Shown here one piece after another: positions 1 to 6,824 of a stretch of 10,462 nucleotides of DNA. Position numbers and translations under genes: made by a program. This DNA is from a virus. Lineage: Duplodnaviria; Heunggongvirae; Uroviricota; Caudoviricetes. Every line of letters starts with the position of its first letter. Position 1 is the first letter of the stretch. Under the pieces are notes generated by a model. That model saw only the letters and a program-made list of their open reading frames with translations, ran no database searches and had not been told where the DNA came from. The DNA is taken from IMG/VR virus record IMGVR_UViG_2698536535_000003, one strand, 5' to 3'.

Positions 1-261
1 GGATTTCCGGGGCGGTTCAAACAGTTCCAGCGTGTTTTCTATTGTGCTGTTTACAGGGGCAACACTCTCCCGTAAGCAATGGTATTCATCTGCAATCTGA
101 TCACGCTTTCGACGTGCCACACGAAGATTACTTGTGTGTAGACTTCTGACAAACGTCCTTTTTCCTTCAAAAAAGGGCTGCATATACACAGGCAGCGTGA
201 TCCTTAAATAGTAGTTACCGTAAGAATCACAGATTAAGTATTGGTTAGGCTTGTATCTCAT
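1..261 (-). CDS. Partial CDS (N-terminal 87 codons, continues past window start); N-terminus resembles the arm-binding domain of tyrosine integrases
   Basis: Hand translation of the minus strand from ATG at 261..259 is open for 87 codons to position 1 (MRYKPNQYLICDSYGNYYLRITLPVYMQPFFEGKRTFVRSLHTSNLRVARRKRDQIADEYHCLRESVAPVNSTIENTLELFEPPRKS). GGAG lies 5 nt upstream of the ATG. The pattern TLP...GKR.F..SL.T.....A parallels the N-terminus of the adjacent integrase ([25 protein letters not shown]). Not in the supplied ORF track. Confidence 0.45.
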   Translation of the reverse strand, partial: MRYKPNQYLICDSYGNYYLRITLPVYMQPFFEGKRTFVRSLHTSNLRVARRKRDQIADEYHCLRESVAPVNSTIENTLELFEPPRKS

Positions 262-403
262 AAAATCTCCGGCTAAAGTGTCGGAGCGTTTGTAATGTGA
301 AAATTGATTGTGACGCATAGAAAATGATGATTTTTCTATAAGATTCAATCAATTAGTAATGGTCGTAGGTGATGGCATTAACACGAGATTAATCGAGTGT
401 TTT

Positions 404-422
404 ACTCCTATTATCGGCACCA
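404..422 (+). other. Putative att core: 19-bp segment matching a tRNA 3' end (acceptor/T-arm ending in CCA), located just beyond the 3' end of int
   Basis: ACTCCTATTATCGGCACCA at 404..422 matches what I recall as the 3' end of tRNA-Thr (thrW), the known P22 attachment target. A second 10-mer GGTCGTAGGT at 361..370 matches the adjacent upstream tRNA segment but is separated by 33 bp of unrelated sequence. No complete tRNA is present in 330..422. Confidence 0.45.
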
Positions 423-436
423 TTTAAATCAATAAG

Positions 437-1600
437 TTACACATCATTAGTACCTTCCTTATTTTTTGACTGGGACAAATTTGGGACCGATGGGTTCAGG
501 ATCGAGTCTATTTGCCGTGCGTGTTCGGTAAGGTGATTAGGTGCAAGGTGAGCATATCGACGAACCATTTCGATAGACTCCCAGCCTCCCATTTCCTGTA
601 ACACTGACAACGGGACTCCGGCTTGAACCAGCCAACTTGCCCAGGTGTGTCTCAAGTCGTGAAATCTGAAATCATCAATACCAGCCCGTCTCAGAGCCGC
701 TTTCCAGGCTGTGTTTGCGTCATACCGCATCTTCCTTACTGTTGGCGCTTTCGTTCCGTCTGGTTTGGTACAGCTTTCCTTGTACACAAATACCCAACGG
801 TGATGATTACCGATTTGTTTTTTCAATACGCGACATGCAGTATCATTCAGCGCAACGCCAATTGCGCGGTTTGATTTACTCTCTTCCGGGTTTATCCATG
901 CCACCCGGCGCTGCATATCTATTTGTTGCCATTCAAGGTTGATGATGTTCGAGCGTCTTAAGCCTGTTGCCAGTGCAAATTCAACAACAGACTTTAATGG
1001 CTCCGGACATTCATCAATCAGCCTTTGTGCTTCATGGGGCTCCAGCCAGCGGATCCGTTTATTCTTTGGTTGAGGCACTTTAATAATTGGTGCCTTATCG
1101 AGCATTTTCCATTCACGCTCTGCGGCTCTTAGCAGGGCCTTTATAAATGAAAGATGCGTAGCCTTCGTTGCAACGGACGCTGGTTTTGGCGTGTATTCTG
1201 GAACAGGTTTCCCTTTTTTTCTGCATGCTTCTGCCCTGAGTTTCCAGTTTTCCTCATGACGCCGGTTCGTCATTTTCTGCATTGCTGAATAAATTTTTGA
1301 TTCAGTAATGTCTCTTAGTTGCATTCCTGCGAAATGTTGAAGCCAGAATCCGATCCGGCTTTTGTCATCGTCCAGTGATTTCTTATGTGCTTTCTCTTCG
1401 AGCCACCTGACACACGCTTCCTCAAACGTCATATCAGGTATTTCACCAAGTTTGCTGACCCGCCATGCTTCAGCCTTTAGCTTGTCATGGAGCTCTGTCG
1501 CCTGCCTTTTGTCCTTTGTTCCAAGAGACTGTTTAAATCTTTTACCGTTCGGCAATGTGAAACTGGCGTACCATATTTCACTTCTGCGGAAGAGTGACAT
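437..1600 (-). CDS. int: Tyrosine-type site-specific integrase (P22 Int-like, 387 aa)
   Basis: ORF-track protein with C-terminal catalytic-region motifs ([10 protein letters not shown]..., [33 protein letters not shown]). From memory it is near-identical over its length to phage P22 Int. ATG at 1600 with AGAGGAAAG upstream; TAA stop at 437..439. Confidence 0.95.
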   Translation of the reverse strand: MSLFRRSEIWYASFTLPNGKRFKQSLGTKDKRQATELHDKLKAEAWRVSKLGEIPDMTFEEACVRWLEEKAHKKSLDDDKSRIGFWLQHFAGMQLRDITESKIYSAMQKMTNRRHEENWKLRAEACRKKGKPVPEYTPKPASVATKATHLSFIKALLRAAEREWKMLDKAPIIKVPQPKNKRIRWLEPHEAQRLIDECPEPLKSVVEFALATGLRRSNIINLEWQQIDMQRRVAWINPEESKSNRAIGVALNDTACRVLKKQIGNHHRWVFVYKESCTKPDGTKAPTVRKMRYDANTAWKAALRRAGIDDFRFHDLRHTWASWLVQAGVPLSVLQEMGGWESIEMVRRYAHLAPNHLTEHARQIDSILNPSVPNLSQSKNKEGTNDV

Positions 1601-1827
1601 TTTCTTTCCTCTGTTATGCCATCACCCGCGCTCACCTTGATAGTATGCAGCGGAGACTGAAGCGCCGCAATGCAGGCTTGTCGCGTTGTGAGGTAAGGAG
1701 ATTTTGGTTTAGTGGGGTCTTTGCGTGTTGCCTGTAGGCGGCCTGTTCGTATCCAGTTGGTGGCGGTTGGTCTGGATATCTTAAGAAACTGACAGGCCTC
1801 ATCGAGTGTGAGGCTGTATGATTCCAT
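1477..1827 (-). CDS. xis: Excisionase (P22 Xis-like, 116 aa), overlapping the int 5' end
   Basis: Internal ATG at 1827..1825 ([32 protein letters not shown]...) preceded by GAGG with a 5-nt spacer. The track start at 1857 is a GTG with no RBS. The 124-nt overlap with int and the 116-aa length match my memory of P22 xis. Confidence 0.8.
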   Translation of the reverse strand: MESYSLTLDEACQFLKISRPTATNWIRTGRLQATRKDPTKPKSPYLTTRQACIAALQSPLHTIKVSAGDGITEERKCHSSAEVKYGTPVSHCRTVKDLNSLLEQRTKGRRQSSMTS

Positions 1828-2077
1828 GGTTACCTCTGCTTTTTGAACGCATGTCACGTAACTTCTTAATGTGTTCTGCCGTTTCGATCTCTTCTGCTAT
1901 CCGATCTGCATCAGCTTTATTCACAGGTTCAAAGTCATGATTAAAGCGGAACATGCTGGCGATACATGTTCTGCCTTTTCGGATGTAGTGAACTTTGTTG
2001 TGGGTAGAACGCAGGATTTTGCAGGGAGTGCCGTGGTGGTCGACGTACCAGGTGTTAGGAAAAATGATTCTGAACAT
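1799..2077 (-). CDS. Hypothetical protein (92 aa), early-left accessory gene
   Basis: ATG at 2077..2075 with GAGGTG upstream; co-oriented and tightly packed with flanking genes; overlaps the xis start by 29 nt. No recognisable family. Confidence 0.5.
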   Translation of the reverse strand: MFRIIFPNTWYVDHHGTPCKILRSTHNKVHYIRKGRTCIASMFRFNHDFEPVNKADADRIAEEIETAEHIKKLRDMRSKSRGNHGIIQPHTR

Positions 2078-2124
2078 TTTTACACCTCAGTTGGACGATG
2101 TTGAAATTTGCTGCTTTGAGGCCA

Positions 2125-2343
2125 TCACAGTCCCCATTGTTTGTTCTTAAGTTCGATCTCCTCCTGGCAACTTGCACAAGTCCGACAACCCTGAACAGCC
2201 AGGCGTCTTCGCTCATCTATCGGATCGCCACACTCACAACAATGAGTTGCGGATACAGTCTGGTAGTTCAGACGACGCATTTTTATTGCTGTATTGCGCT
2301 GTAATTCTTCGATTTCTGATGCTGAATCAATGATGTCTGCCAT
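2125..2343 (-). CDS. TraR/DksA-family C4 zinc-finger protein (72 aa)
   Basis: Paired cysteine motifs CCECGDPI and CRTCASC in a roughly 70-aa protein, the size and Cys spacing of TraR-like proteins found in the early-left region of lambdoid phages. ATG at 2343. Confidence 0.7.
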   Translation of the reverse strand: MADIIDSASEIEELQRNTAIKMRRLNYQTVSATHCCECGDPIDERRRLAVQGCRTCASCQEEIELKNKQWGL

Positions 2344-2395
2344 CTTCCATTAATCCCTGAATTGTTGGTTAATACGCTTGAGGATGAATGCGAAC

Positions 2396-2419
2396 AATAA
2401 AAAAGGAGCCTGTAGCTCC
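2396..2419 (-). terminator. Candidate intrinsic terminator (minus strand)
   Basis: Stem GGAGC (2405..2409) / GCTCC (2415..2419) with a 5-nt loop; on the minus-strand RNA it is followed by UUUUUUAUU (plus-strand A-run 2396..2404). Lies between the 2442..2723 gene and the TraR-like gene. Confidence 0.4.
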
Positions 2420-2441
2420 CTGATGATTTTGCTTTTCATGT

Positions 2442-2723
2442 TCACCGTTCCTTAAAGACGCCGTTTAACATGCCGATCGCCAGGCTTAAATGAGTCGGTG
2501 TGAATCCCATCAGCGTTACCGTTTCGCGGTGCTTCTTTAGTACGCTACGGCAAATGTCATCGACGTTTTTATCCGGAAACTGCTGTCTGGCTTTTTTGAT
2601 TTCAGAATTAGCCTGACGGGCAATGCTGCGAAGGGCGTTTTCCTGCTGAGGTGTCATTGAACAAGTCCCATGTCGGCAAGCATAAGCACACAGAATATGA
2701 AGCCCGCTGCCAGAAAAATGCAT
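2442..2723 (-). CDS. Hypothetical protein (start uncertain: TTG 2756, ATG 2723 or ATG 2657)
   Basis: ORF-track frame 2442..2756 begins with TTG (plus-strand caa at 2754..2756). In-frame ATGs at 2723 and 2657, neither with a strong SD. Co-oriented in the early-left operon. Confidence 0.4.
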   Translation of the reverse strand: MHFSGSGLHILCAYACRHGTCSMTPQQENALRSIARQANSEIKKARQQFPDKNVDDICRSVLKKHRETVTLMGFTPTHLSLAIGMLNGVFKER

Positions 2724-2733
2724 TCCGTGGTTG

Positions 2734-3291
2734 TCATGCAGCCTCCCGACGGGCAAGAATCCTTGAGCCGAACGCCATCAACTCTCCACGATCAACGGTC
2801 GTAAAGTGGCAGTGTGTACGGGGGTATGGGTGCCAGATAATGAGCATCGAGCCTTTATTATTTCCACTGACGGGTTTCTCAGTGAGTGGGTTAATAAATG
2901 CCAGTCGTCCTGCCGTGATGAATCTGACCTCACTGGCGGTTTGTATCGCTTCATGAAACCATCCGACAGATGTGTCAGCAGGCAATAACATTACACATCC
3001 CACACTACTGAATTTGTTTTCAGTGGCTGCCTTTTTCACAAAAGGGGAAATATTGCTGTATGGTGGATTCAACCAGACATAACCAGAGGCATATCCCATT
3101 GCTTCAGGCCATGAAGTGGTTAATGTGTTCTGCTCCTGTGAGATAAAAAGCCGACATAGTCGGTTTTTTTCGCTGGCGGCAGCATCAAGTTGAAAAACGA
3201 ACTCTGCATTAAGCGCAGCAAAAATCTCTGGTGGTGTGCGCCAGCTGTCGCGATGTTCGGCAGGAGTATTGCTTCCGGTGAAATCAGTCAT
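2734..3291 (-). CDS. Phage-type DNA N6-adenine methyltransferase (orphan, no cognate restriction enzyme in window)
   Basis: 185-aa product with NPPY catalytic motif (WLNPPYSN) and an N-terminal region (RDSWRTPPEIFAALNAEFVFQLDAAA) typical of small phage Dam-like amino-methyltransferases. ATG at 3291. Confidence 0.8.
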   Translation of the reverse strand: MTDFTGSNTPAEHRDSWRTPPEIFAALNAEFVFQLDAAASEKNRLCRLFISQEQNTLTTSWPEAMGYASGYVWLNPPYSNISPFVKKAATENKFSSVGCVMLLPADTSVGWFHEAIQTASEVRFITAGRLAFINPLTEKPVSGNNKGSMLIIWHPYPRTHCHFTTVDRGELMAFGSRILARREAA

Positions 3292-3445
3292 ACAGCCCCC
3301 GTTTATTATTTATCGCCTCAGCCAGCCGCTGTGCTTTCAGTGGATTTCTGATAACAGAAAGGCCGGGAAATACCCAGCCTCGCTTTGTAACGGAGTAGAT
3401 GAAAGTGATCGCGCCTACCCGGATATTATCGTGAGGATGCGTCAT
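3284..3445 (-). CDS. Small hypothetical protein (53 aa), translationally coupled between exo and the methyltransferase
   Basis: Hand translation from ATG 3445..3443 gives [53 protein letters not shown], stop TGA at 3286..3284. Its ATG overlaps the exo stop (ATGA), and GGGGAG lies 8 nt upstream. Below the length cut-off of the ORF track. Position is analogous to the small orf immediately downstream of exo in lambda. Confidence 0.5.
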   Translation of the reverse strand: MTHPHDNIRVGAITFIYSVTKRGWVFPGLSVIRNPLKAQRLAEAINNKRGLYD

Positions 3446-4122
3446 CGCCATTGCTCCCCAAATACAAAACCAATTTCAGCCAGTGCCACGTCCATTTTTT
3501 CGATGAACTCCGGCACCATCTCGTCAAAATTCGCCATGTACTTTTCATCCCGCTCAACCACGACATAATGCAGGCCTTCACGCTTCATACGCGGGTCATA
3601 GTTGGCAAAGTACCAGGCATCTTTTCGCGTCACCCACATGCTGTACTGCACCTGGGCCATGTAAGCCGACTTTATGGCCTCGAAACCACCGAGCCGGAAC
3701 TTCATGAAATCCCGGGAGGTAAACGGGCATTTCAGTTCAAGGCCATTGCCGTCACTGCATAAACCATCGGGAGAGCAGGCGGTGCGCATACTTTCGTCGC
3801 GATAGATGATCGGGGATTCAATAACATTTACGCCGGAAGTGAACTCAAACAGGGTTCTGGCGTCGTTCTCGTACTGTTTTCCCCAGGCCAGTGCTTTAGC
3901 GTTAACTTCCGGAGCCACACCGGTGCAAACCTCGGCAAGCAGGGTGTGGAAGTAGGACATTTTCATGTCAGGCCACTTCTTTCCTGAGCGGGGCTTTGCT
4001 ATCACGTTGTGAACTTCTGAAGCGGTGATGACGCCGAGCCGTAATTTGTGCCACGCATCATCCCCCTGTTCGACAGCTCTCACGTCGATCCCGGTACGCT
4101 GCAGGATAATGTCCGGTGTCAT
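3442..4122 (-). CDS. exo: Lambda-type 5'-3' exonuclease (Red alpha, 226 aa)
   Basis: Protein begins [40 protein letters not shown] and ends GFVFGEQWR; from memory near-identical to lambda Exo at the same length. ATG at 4122 overlaps the bet stop (ATGA). Confidence 0.97.
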   Translation of the reverse strand: MTPDIILQRTGIDVRAVEQGDDAWHKLRLGVITASEVHNVIAKPRSGKKWPDMKMSYFHTLLAEVCTGVAPEVNAKALAWGKQYENDARTLFEFTSGVNVIESPIIYRDESMRTACSPDGLCSDGNGLELKCPFTSRDFMKFRLGGFEAIKSAYMAQVQYSMWVTRKDAWYFANYDPRMKREGLHYVVVERDEKYMANFDEMVPEFIEKMDVALAEIGFVFGEQWR

Positions 4123-4904
4123 GCTGCCACCTTCTGCTCAGTGGCTTTTTGTTTCAGGAATCCAAGAGCTTTCACTGCTTCGGCCTGTGTCAGTTCTGAC
4201 GATGCACGAATGTCGCGGCGAAATATCTGGGAACAGAGCGGCAATAAGTCGTCATCCCATGTTTTATCCAGGGCGATCAGCAGAGTGTTAATCTCCTGCA
4301 TGGTTTCATCGTTAACCGGAGTGATGTCGCGTTCCGGCTGACGTTCTGCAGTGTATGCGGTATTTTCGACAATGCGCTCGGCTTCATCCTTGTCATAGAT
4401 ACCCGCAAATCCGAAGGCCAGACGGGCACACTGAATCATGGCTTTATGCCGTAACATCCGTTTGGGATGCGACTGCCACGGCCCCGTAAATTCTCTGCCT
4501 TCGCGGGTTTTGAATGGTTCGCGGCGGCATTCATCCATCCACTCGGTAACGCAGATCGGATGATTGCGGTCCTTGCGGTAAATCCGGCATGTACAGGATT
4601 CATTGTCCTGCTCAAAGTCCATGCCATCAAACTGCTGGTTTTCATTGATGATGCGGGACCAGCCATCAACGCCCACCACCGGAACGATGCCATTCTGCTT
4701 ATCAGGAAAGGCGTAAATTTCTTTCGTCCATGGATTAAGGCCGTACTGGTTGGCAACGATCAGTAATGCGATGAACTGCGCATCGCTGGCATCACCTTTA
4801 AATGCTGTCTGGCGAAGAGTGGTGATCAGTTCCTGTGGGTCGACAGAATCCATGCCGACACGTTCAGCCTGCTTCCCAGCCAGCGTTGCGAGTGCTGTAC
4901 TCAT
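4119..4904 (-). CDS. bet: Lambda-type single-strand annealing protein (Red beta, 261 aa)
   Basis: Protein begins [11 protein letters not shown] and ends [11 protein letters not shown]; from memory near-identical to lambda Bet at the same length. ATG at 4904. Confidence 0.97.
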   Translation of the reverse strand: MSTALATLAGKQAERVGMDSVDPQELITTLRQTAFKGDASDAQFIALLIVANQYGLNPWTKEIYAFPDKQNGIVPVVGVDGWSRIINENQQFDGMDFEQDNESCTCRIYRKDRNHPICVTEWMDECRREPFKTREGREFTGPWQSHPKRMLRHKAMIQCARLAFGFAGIYDKDEAERIVENTAYTAERQPERDITPVNDETMQEINTLLIALDKTWDDDLLPLCSQIFRRDIRASSELTQAEAVKALGFLKQKATEQKVAA

Positions 4905-4909
4905 CCGTT

Positions 4910-5206
4910 TTATACCTCTGAATCAATATCAACCTGATGGTGAGCAATGGTTTCAACCATGTACAGGATGTGTTCTGCCATGCGCTCCTGAAACTCAACA
5001 TCGTCATCAAACGCACGGGTAATGGCTTTTTTGCTGGCCCCGTGGCGTTGCAAATGATCGATGCATAGCGATTCAAACAGGTGCTGGGGCAGGCCTTTTT
5101 CCATGTCGTCTGCCAGTTCTGCCTCTTTCTCTTCACGGGCGATCTGCTGGTAGTGACGCGCCCAGCTCTGAGCCTCAAGACGATCCTGAATGTAATAAGC
5201 GTTCAT
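4910..5206 (-). CDS. gam: Gam, host RecBCD inhibitor, short form only (98 aa)
   Basis: [21 protein letters not shown]...[10 protein letters not shown] matches lambda GamS from memory. ATG at 5206 is preceded by AGGAGG with a 6-nt spacer. The reading frame upstream is closed by an in-frame TAA at 5261..5263 with no intervening start codon, so the longer lambda-style ORF cannot be made here. Confidence 0.95.
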   Translation of the reverse strand: MNAYYIQDRLEAQSWARHYQQIAREEKEAELADDMEKGLPQHLFESLCIDHLQRHGASKKAITRAFDDDVEFQERMAEHILYMVETIAHHQVDIDSEV

Positions 5207-5281
5207 GGCTGACCTCCTGAAAATGGCTGTGAAAATATCGCCCGCGAAATGCCAGGCTGATTAGGAAAACAGGAAAGGGGA

Positions 5282-5692
5282 TTAGTGATTTAGGCCGTTG
5301 CCGCGTCCGTCGAGAAAAACTTCCACGAGCAAATCACGGGTATAAGTGCGCTCGATGCCGCGATGCAGATATAGCCGTCCGCGTAAATTAGCTGATGCAG
5401 TCCAGGTACCATCTTTGTGTTTGACCAGCATTCCTGGCATGACCGCACCGCGATTAACGGTCTGCGTTCCGTAATGTTGATGAACCATAAAAACTCCTGC
5501 CCGTAAGCTGGGCTGCTGAACATATATAGACTTCTGCGCGTATTCAGGCGGTGGATGGCCGCCGGTTGTCATAACTAAGCCGCCTCGTTGAAGCGACTGA
5601 GGTATGAAGTGTTGAGTTGATTTCAGCTGGTCACACCGACGTTCACGCGTCCGCTTCACCCCTCGCACTCCCCGGAGCCTGCTGAAATTCAA
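5282..5692 (-). CDS. Hypothetical protein in the first position of the pL operon (N slot); arginine-rich N-terminus; start codon uncertain
   Basis: ORF-track frame starts at a TTG (5692); candidate GTG starts at codons 8 and 11 and an ATG at 5572. N-terminal segment [15 protein letters not shown] is arginine-rich, loosely like ARM motifs of N antiterminators. No family recognised. An alternative-frame ORF (5290..5523) overlaps it. Confidence 0.35.
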   Translation of the reverse strand: MNFSRLRGVRGVKRTRERRCDQLKSTQHFIPQSLQRGGLVMTTGGHPPPEYAQKSIYVQQPSLRAGVFMVHQHYGTQTVNRGAVMPGMLVKHKDGTWTASANLRGRLYLHRGIERTYTRDLLVEVFLDGRGNGLNH

Positions 5693-5710
5693 GCTGCGGA
5701 TCTAAGCGGT

Positions 5711-5760
5711 CATCGCAACGGTGAATCAGGTGGTTGCCGTATCGTTGTGTTGTTGCGATG
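5711..5760. repeat. 9-bp perfect inverted repeat (CATCGCAAC ... GTTGCGATG) with 32-nt spacer in the pL leader region
   Basis: CATCGCAAC at 5711..5719 and its exact reverse complement GTTGCGATG at 5752..5760. Lies between the putative pL and the first early-left ORF. Confidence 0.5.
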
Positions 5761-5766
5761 AATTTA

Positions 5767-5830
5767 TTTAAAACTATAGTTGTTTTATCGTCAACAACAA
5801 AAGTTGTTTTACTGGTTGTTTTAGATATAA
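5767..5830 (-). promoter_or_regulatory. Putative pL promoter with overlapping oL operator half-sites
   Basis: On the minus strand TTGACG (5794..5789), 17-nt spacer, TTAAAT (5772..5767). The region carries repeated GTTGTT/AACAAC half-sites (AGTTGTTttatcgtcAACAAC, AGTTGTTtt, ACTGGTTGTT x2) that match the arms of the oR palindrome at 8424..8448. Confidence 0.4.
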
Positions 5831-5928
5831 CTGGTTGTATTTAGGATGGATTTATTTTGTGACTTGCATCGCATAGCGATAACTGAAGGGATGTCGTGGT
5901 GGTTATTTGAACGGTTTGTGTGATGAGG

Positions 5929-5961
5929 GGAGGCAAAAGAAAACCCGGCACGGTGGCCGGG
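5929..5961 (-). terminator. Intrinsic (rho-independent) terminator closing the repressor-moron operon
   Basis: GC stem CCCGGC (5944..5949) / GCCGGG (5956..5961) with a 6-nt loop; on the minus-strand RNA it is followed by UUUUCUUUUG (plus-strand 5929..5943 is A-rich). Lies 36 nt downstream of the DUF3037-like gene stop. Confidence 0.75.
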
Positions 5962-5996
5962 TTATTAATAAGGAATATCACATACAAAAATAAATT

Positions 5997-6824
5997 TTAA
6001 ACTTGGGGAAGTATTTTTTTTGCAAAATCAATAGTTTCTTTGTGGTTGGATGCAGGTATATGATTTATTTTCTTAGCATCCATAGTTCTCTTTATGATGT
6101 CAATAACTTTGCTTTGGCCTGAGTTTGGTGATTCAGGAGTTTCAATTGTGAATAAAATGTCATCAAGTGAAAGCAGGTTTTCTTCTGCTGCTCGAGTTAT
6201 TCTCATCACCCAAGTATCACTATGCTCCATCATTTTTCCTGGTTCAGCTTGAGTGAATGCCAGAGGTTTGATGGCACATTGGATCCTGTCATGCTTCTTG
6301 GCGACCAATGGCATTGAGAACTTTGCGAAATACCCATCAATGGTTGCTTGTTTGAAGACGTTCTTCAATCCATCTATTCTATCGATACTTCGTTTTAGCT
6401 CTCTGGCTAGAACATCTTCACGGCGCTCTTTTGTGTAGTCAGAGTGGTTTACATATTTATTGTAAATGCGGGCCAGCTCTTCTTTTGGGTTTTCGCTGAG
6501 AATCACTCTCGTAGAACTGAACTGAAAAATTGATTCTTTTTTGTTTGTAAAATATCTGAAGAATTGTGCAAGTTGTTGATGTCCAACAATCTGGGTCGCA
6601 TGCATTTTTGCGAATTGTAGTTCTCTTTGTATTGAGTCTTTTGCTACAGGGAAAATACAATCATCATGGAAAAAATTCTTTACACGAGAGTCATTTCGCT
6701 TTGTGAGCTGGAAATCAAAGTAATTTTCTTTTGGCGCGCACAGAAGTACGCCTATGTTTGCGAACTCTTCAGTCTCCGCATAAGGCGCATAGCGAACGAT
6801 GCTATATAGGCATGGAGTTGTCAT
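5997..6824 (-). CDS. DUF3037-like protein (275 aa), second gene of a two-gene moron
   Basis: Track ORF starts at a TTG (6839); ATG at 6824..6822 overlaps the stop of the upstream gene (ATGA). The N-terminus MTTPCLYSIVRYAPYAETEEFANIGVLL resembles the conserved N-terminal signature I recall for DUF3037-family proteins. GC content is about 33% in sampled 60-nt windows versus about 55% in bet. Confidence 0.7.
   Translation of the reverse strand: MTTPCLYSIVRYAPYAETEEFANIGVLLCAPKENYFDFQLTKRNDSRVKNFFHDDCIFPVAKDSIQRELQFAKMHATQIVGHQQLAQFFRYFTNKKESIFQFSSTRVILSENPKEELARIYNKYVNHSDYTKERREDVLARELKRSIDRIDGLKNVFKQATIDGYFAKFSMPLVAKKHDRIQCAIKPLAFTQAEPGKMMEHSDTWVMRITRAAEENLLSLDDILFTIETPESPNSGQSKVIDIIKRTMDAKKINHIPASNHKETIDFAKKILPQV

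Noticed and set aside
330-422. Complete tRNA gene ending at 422
   Set aside because: Only the 3'-terminal 19 nt (plus an isolated 10-mer) are tRNA-like; the upstream sequence cannot form the acceptor stem or D/anticodon arms.
623-942. Plus-strand ORFs 623..874 and 715..942 inside int
   Set aside because: Antisense to a confidently identified integrase; no RBS or recognisable product; typical shadow ORFs.
1362-1640. Plus-strand ORF 1362..1640 across the int/xis overlap
   Set aside because: Antisense shadow ORF; low-complexity Ser/Leu-rich translation.
1477-1857. Long 126-aa version of xis starting at 1857
   Set aside because: Start codon is GTG with no RBS; the internal ATG at 1827 has a good SD and gives the expected 116-aa excisionase.
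1871-2304. Plus-strand ORFs 1871..2104 and 2098..2304
   Set aside because: Antisense to the co-oriented minus-strand accessory genes; no support.
2651-2988. Plus-strand ORFs 2651..2956 and 2806..2988
   Set aside because: Overlap the methyltransferase gene on the opposite strand; shadow ORFs.
3236-3762. Plus-strand ORFs 3236..3568 and 3451..3762
   Set aside because: Antisense to exo and the small coupled ORF; shadow ORFs.
4025-5178. Multiple ORFs on both strands overlapping bet and gam (4025..4291, 4048..4341, 4436..4756, 4467..4766, 4750..5022, 4864..5178)
   Set aside because: Alternative-frame or antisense ORFs inside genes that are confidently lambda bet and gam.
5290-5523. Alternative-frame minus-strand ORF overlapping the N-position ORF
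   Set aside because: Cannot be excluded from sequence alone, but the longer frame spans the whole interval; kept as a caveat rather than a feature.
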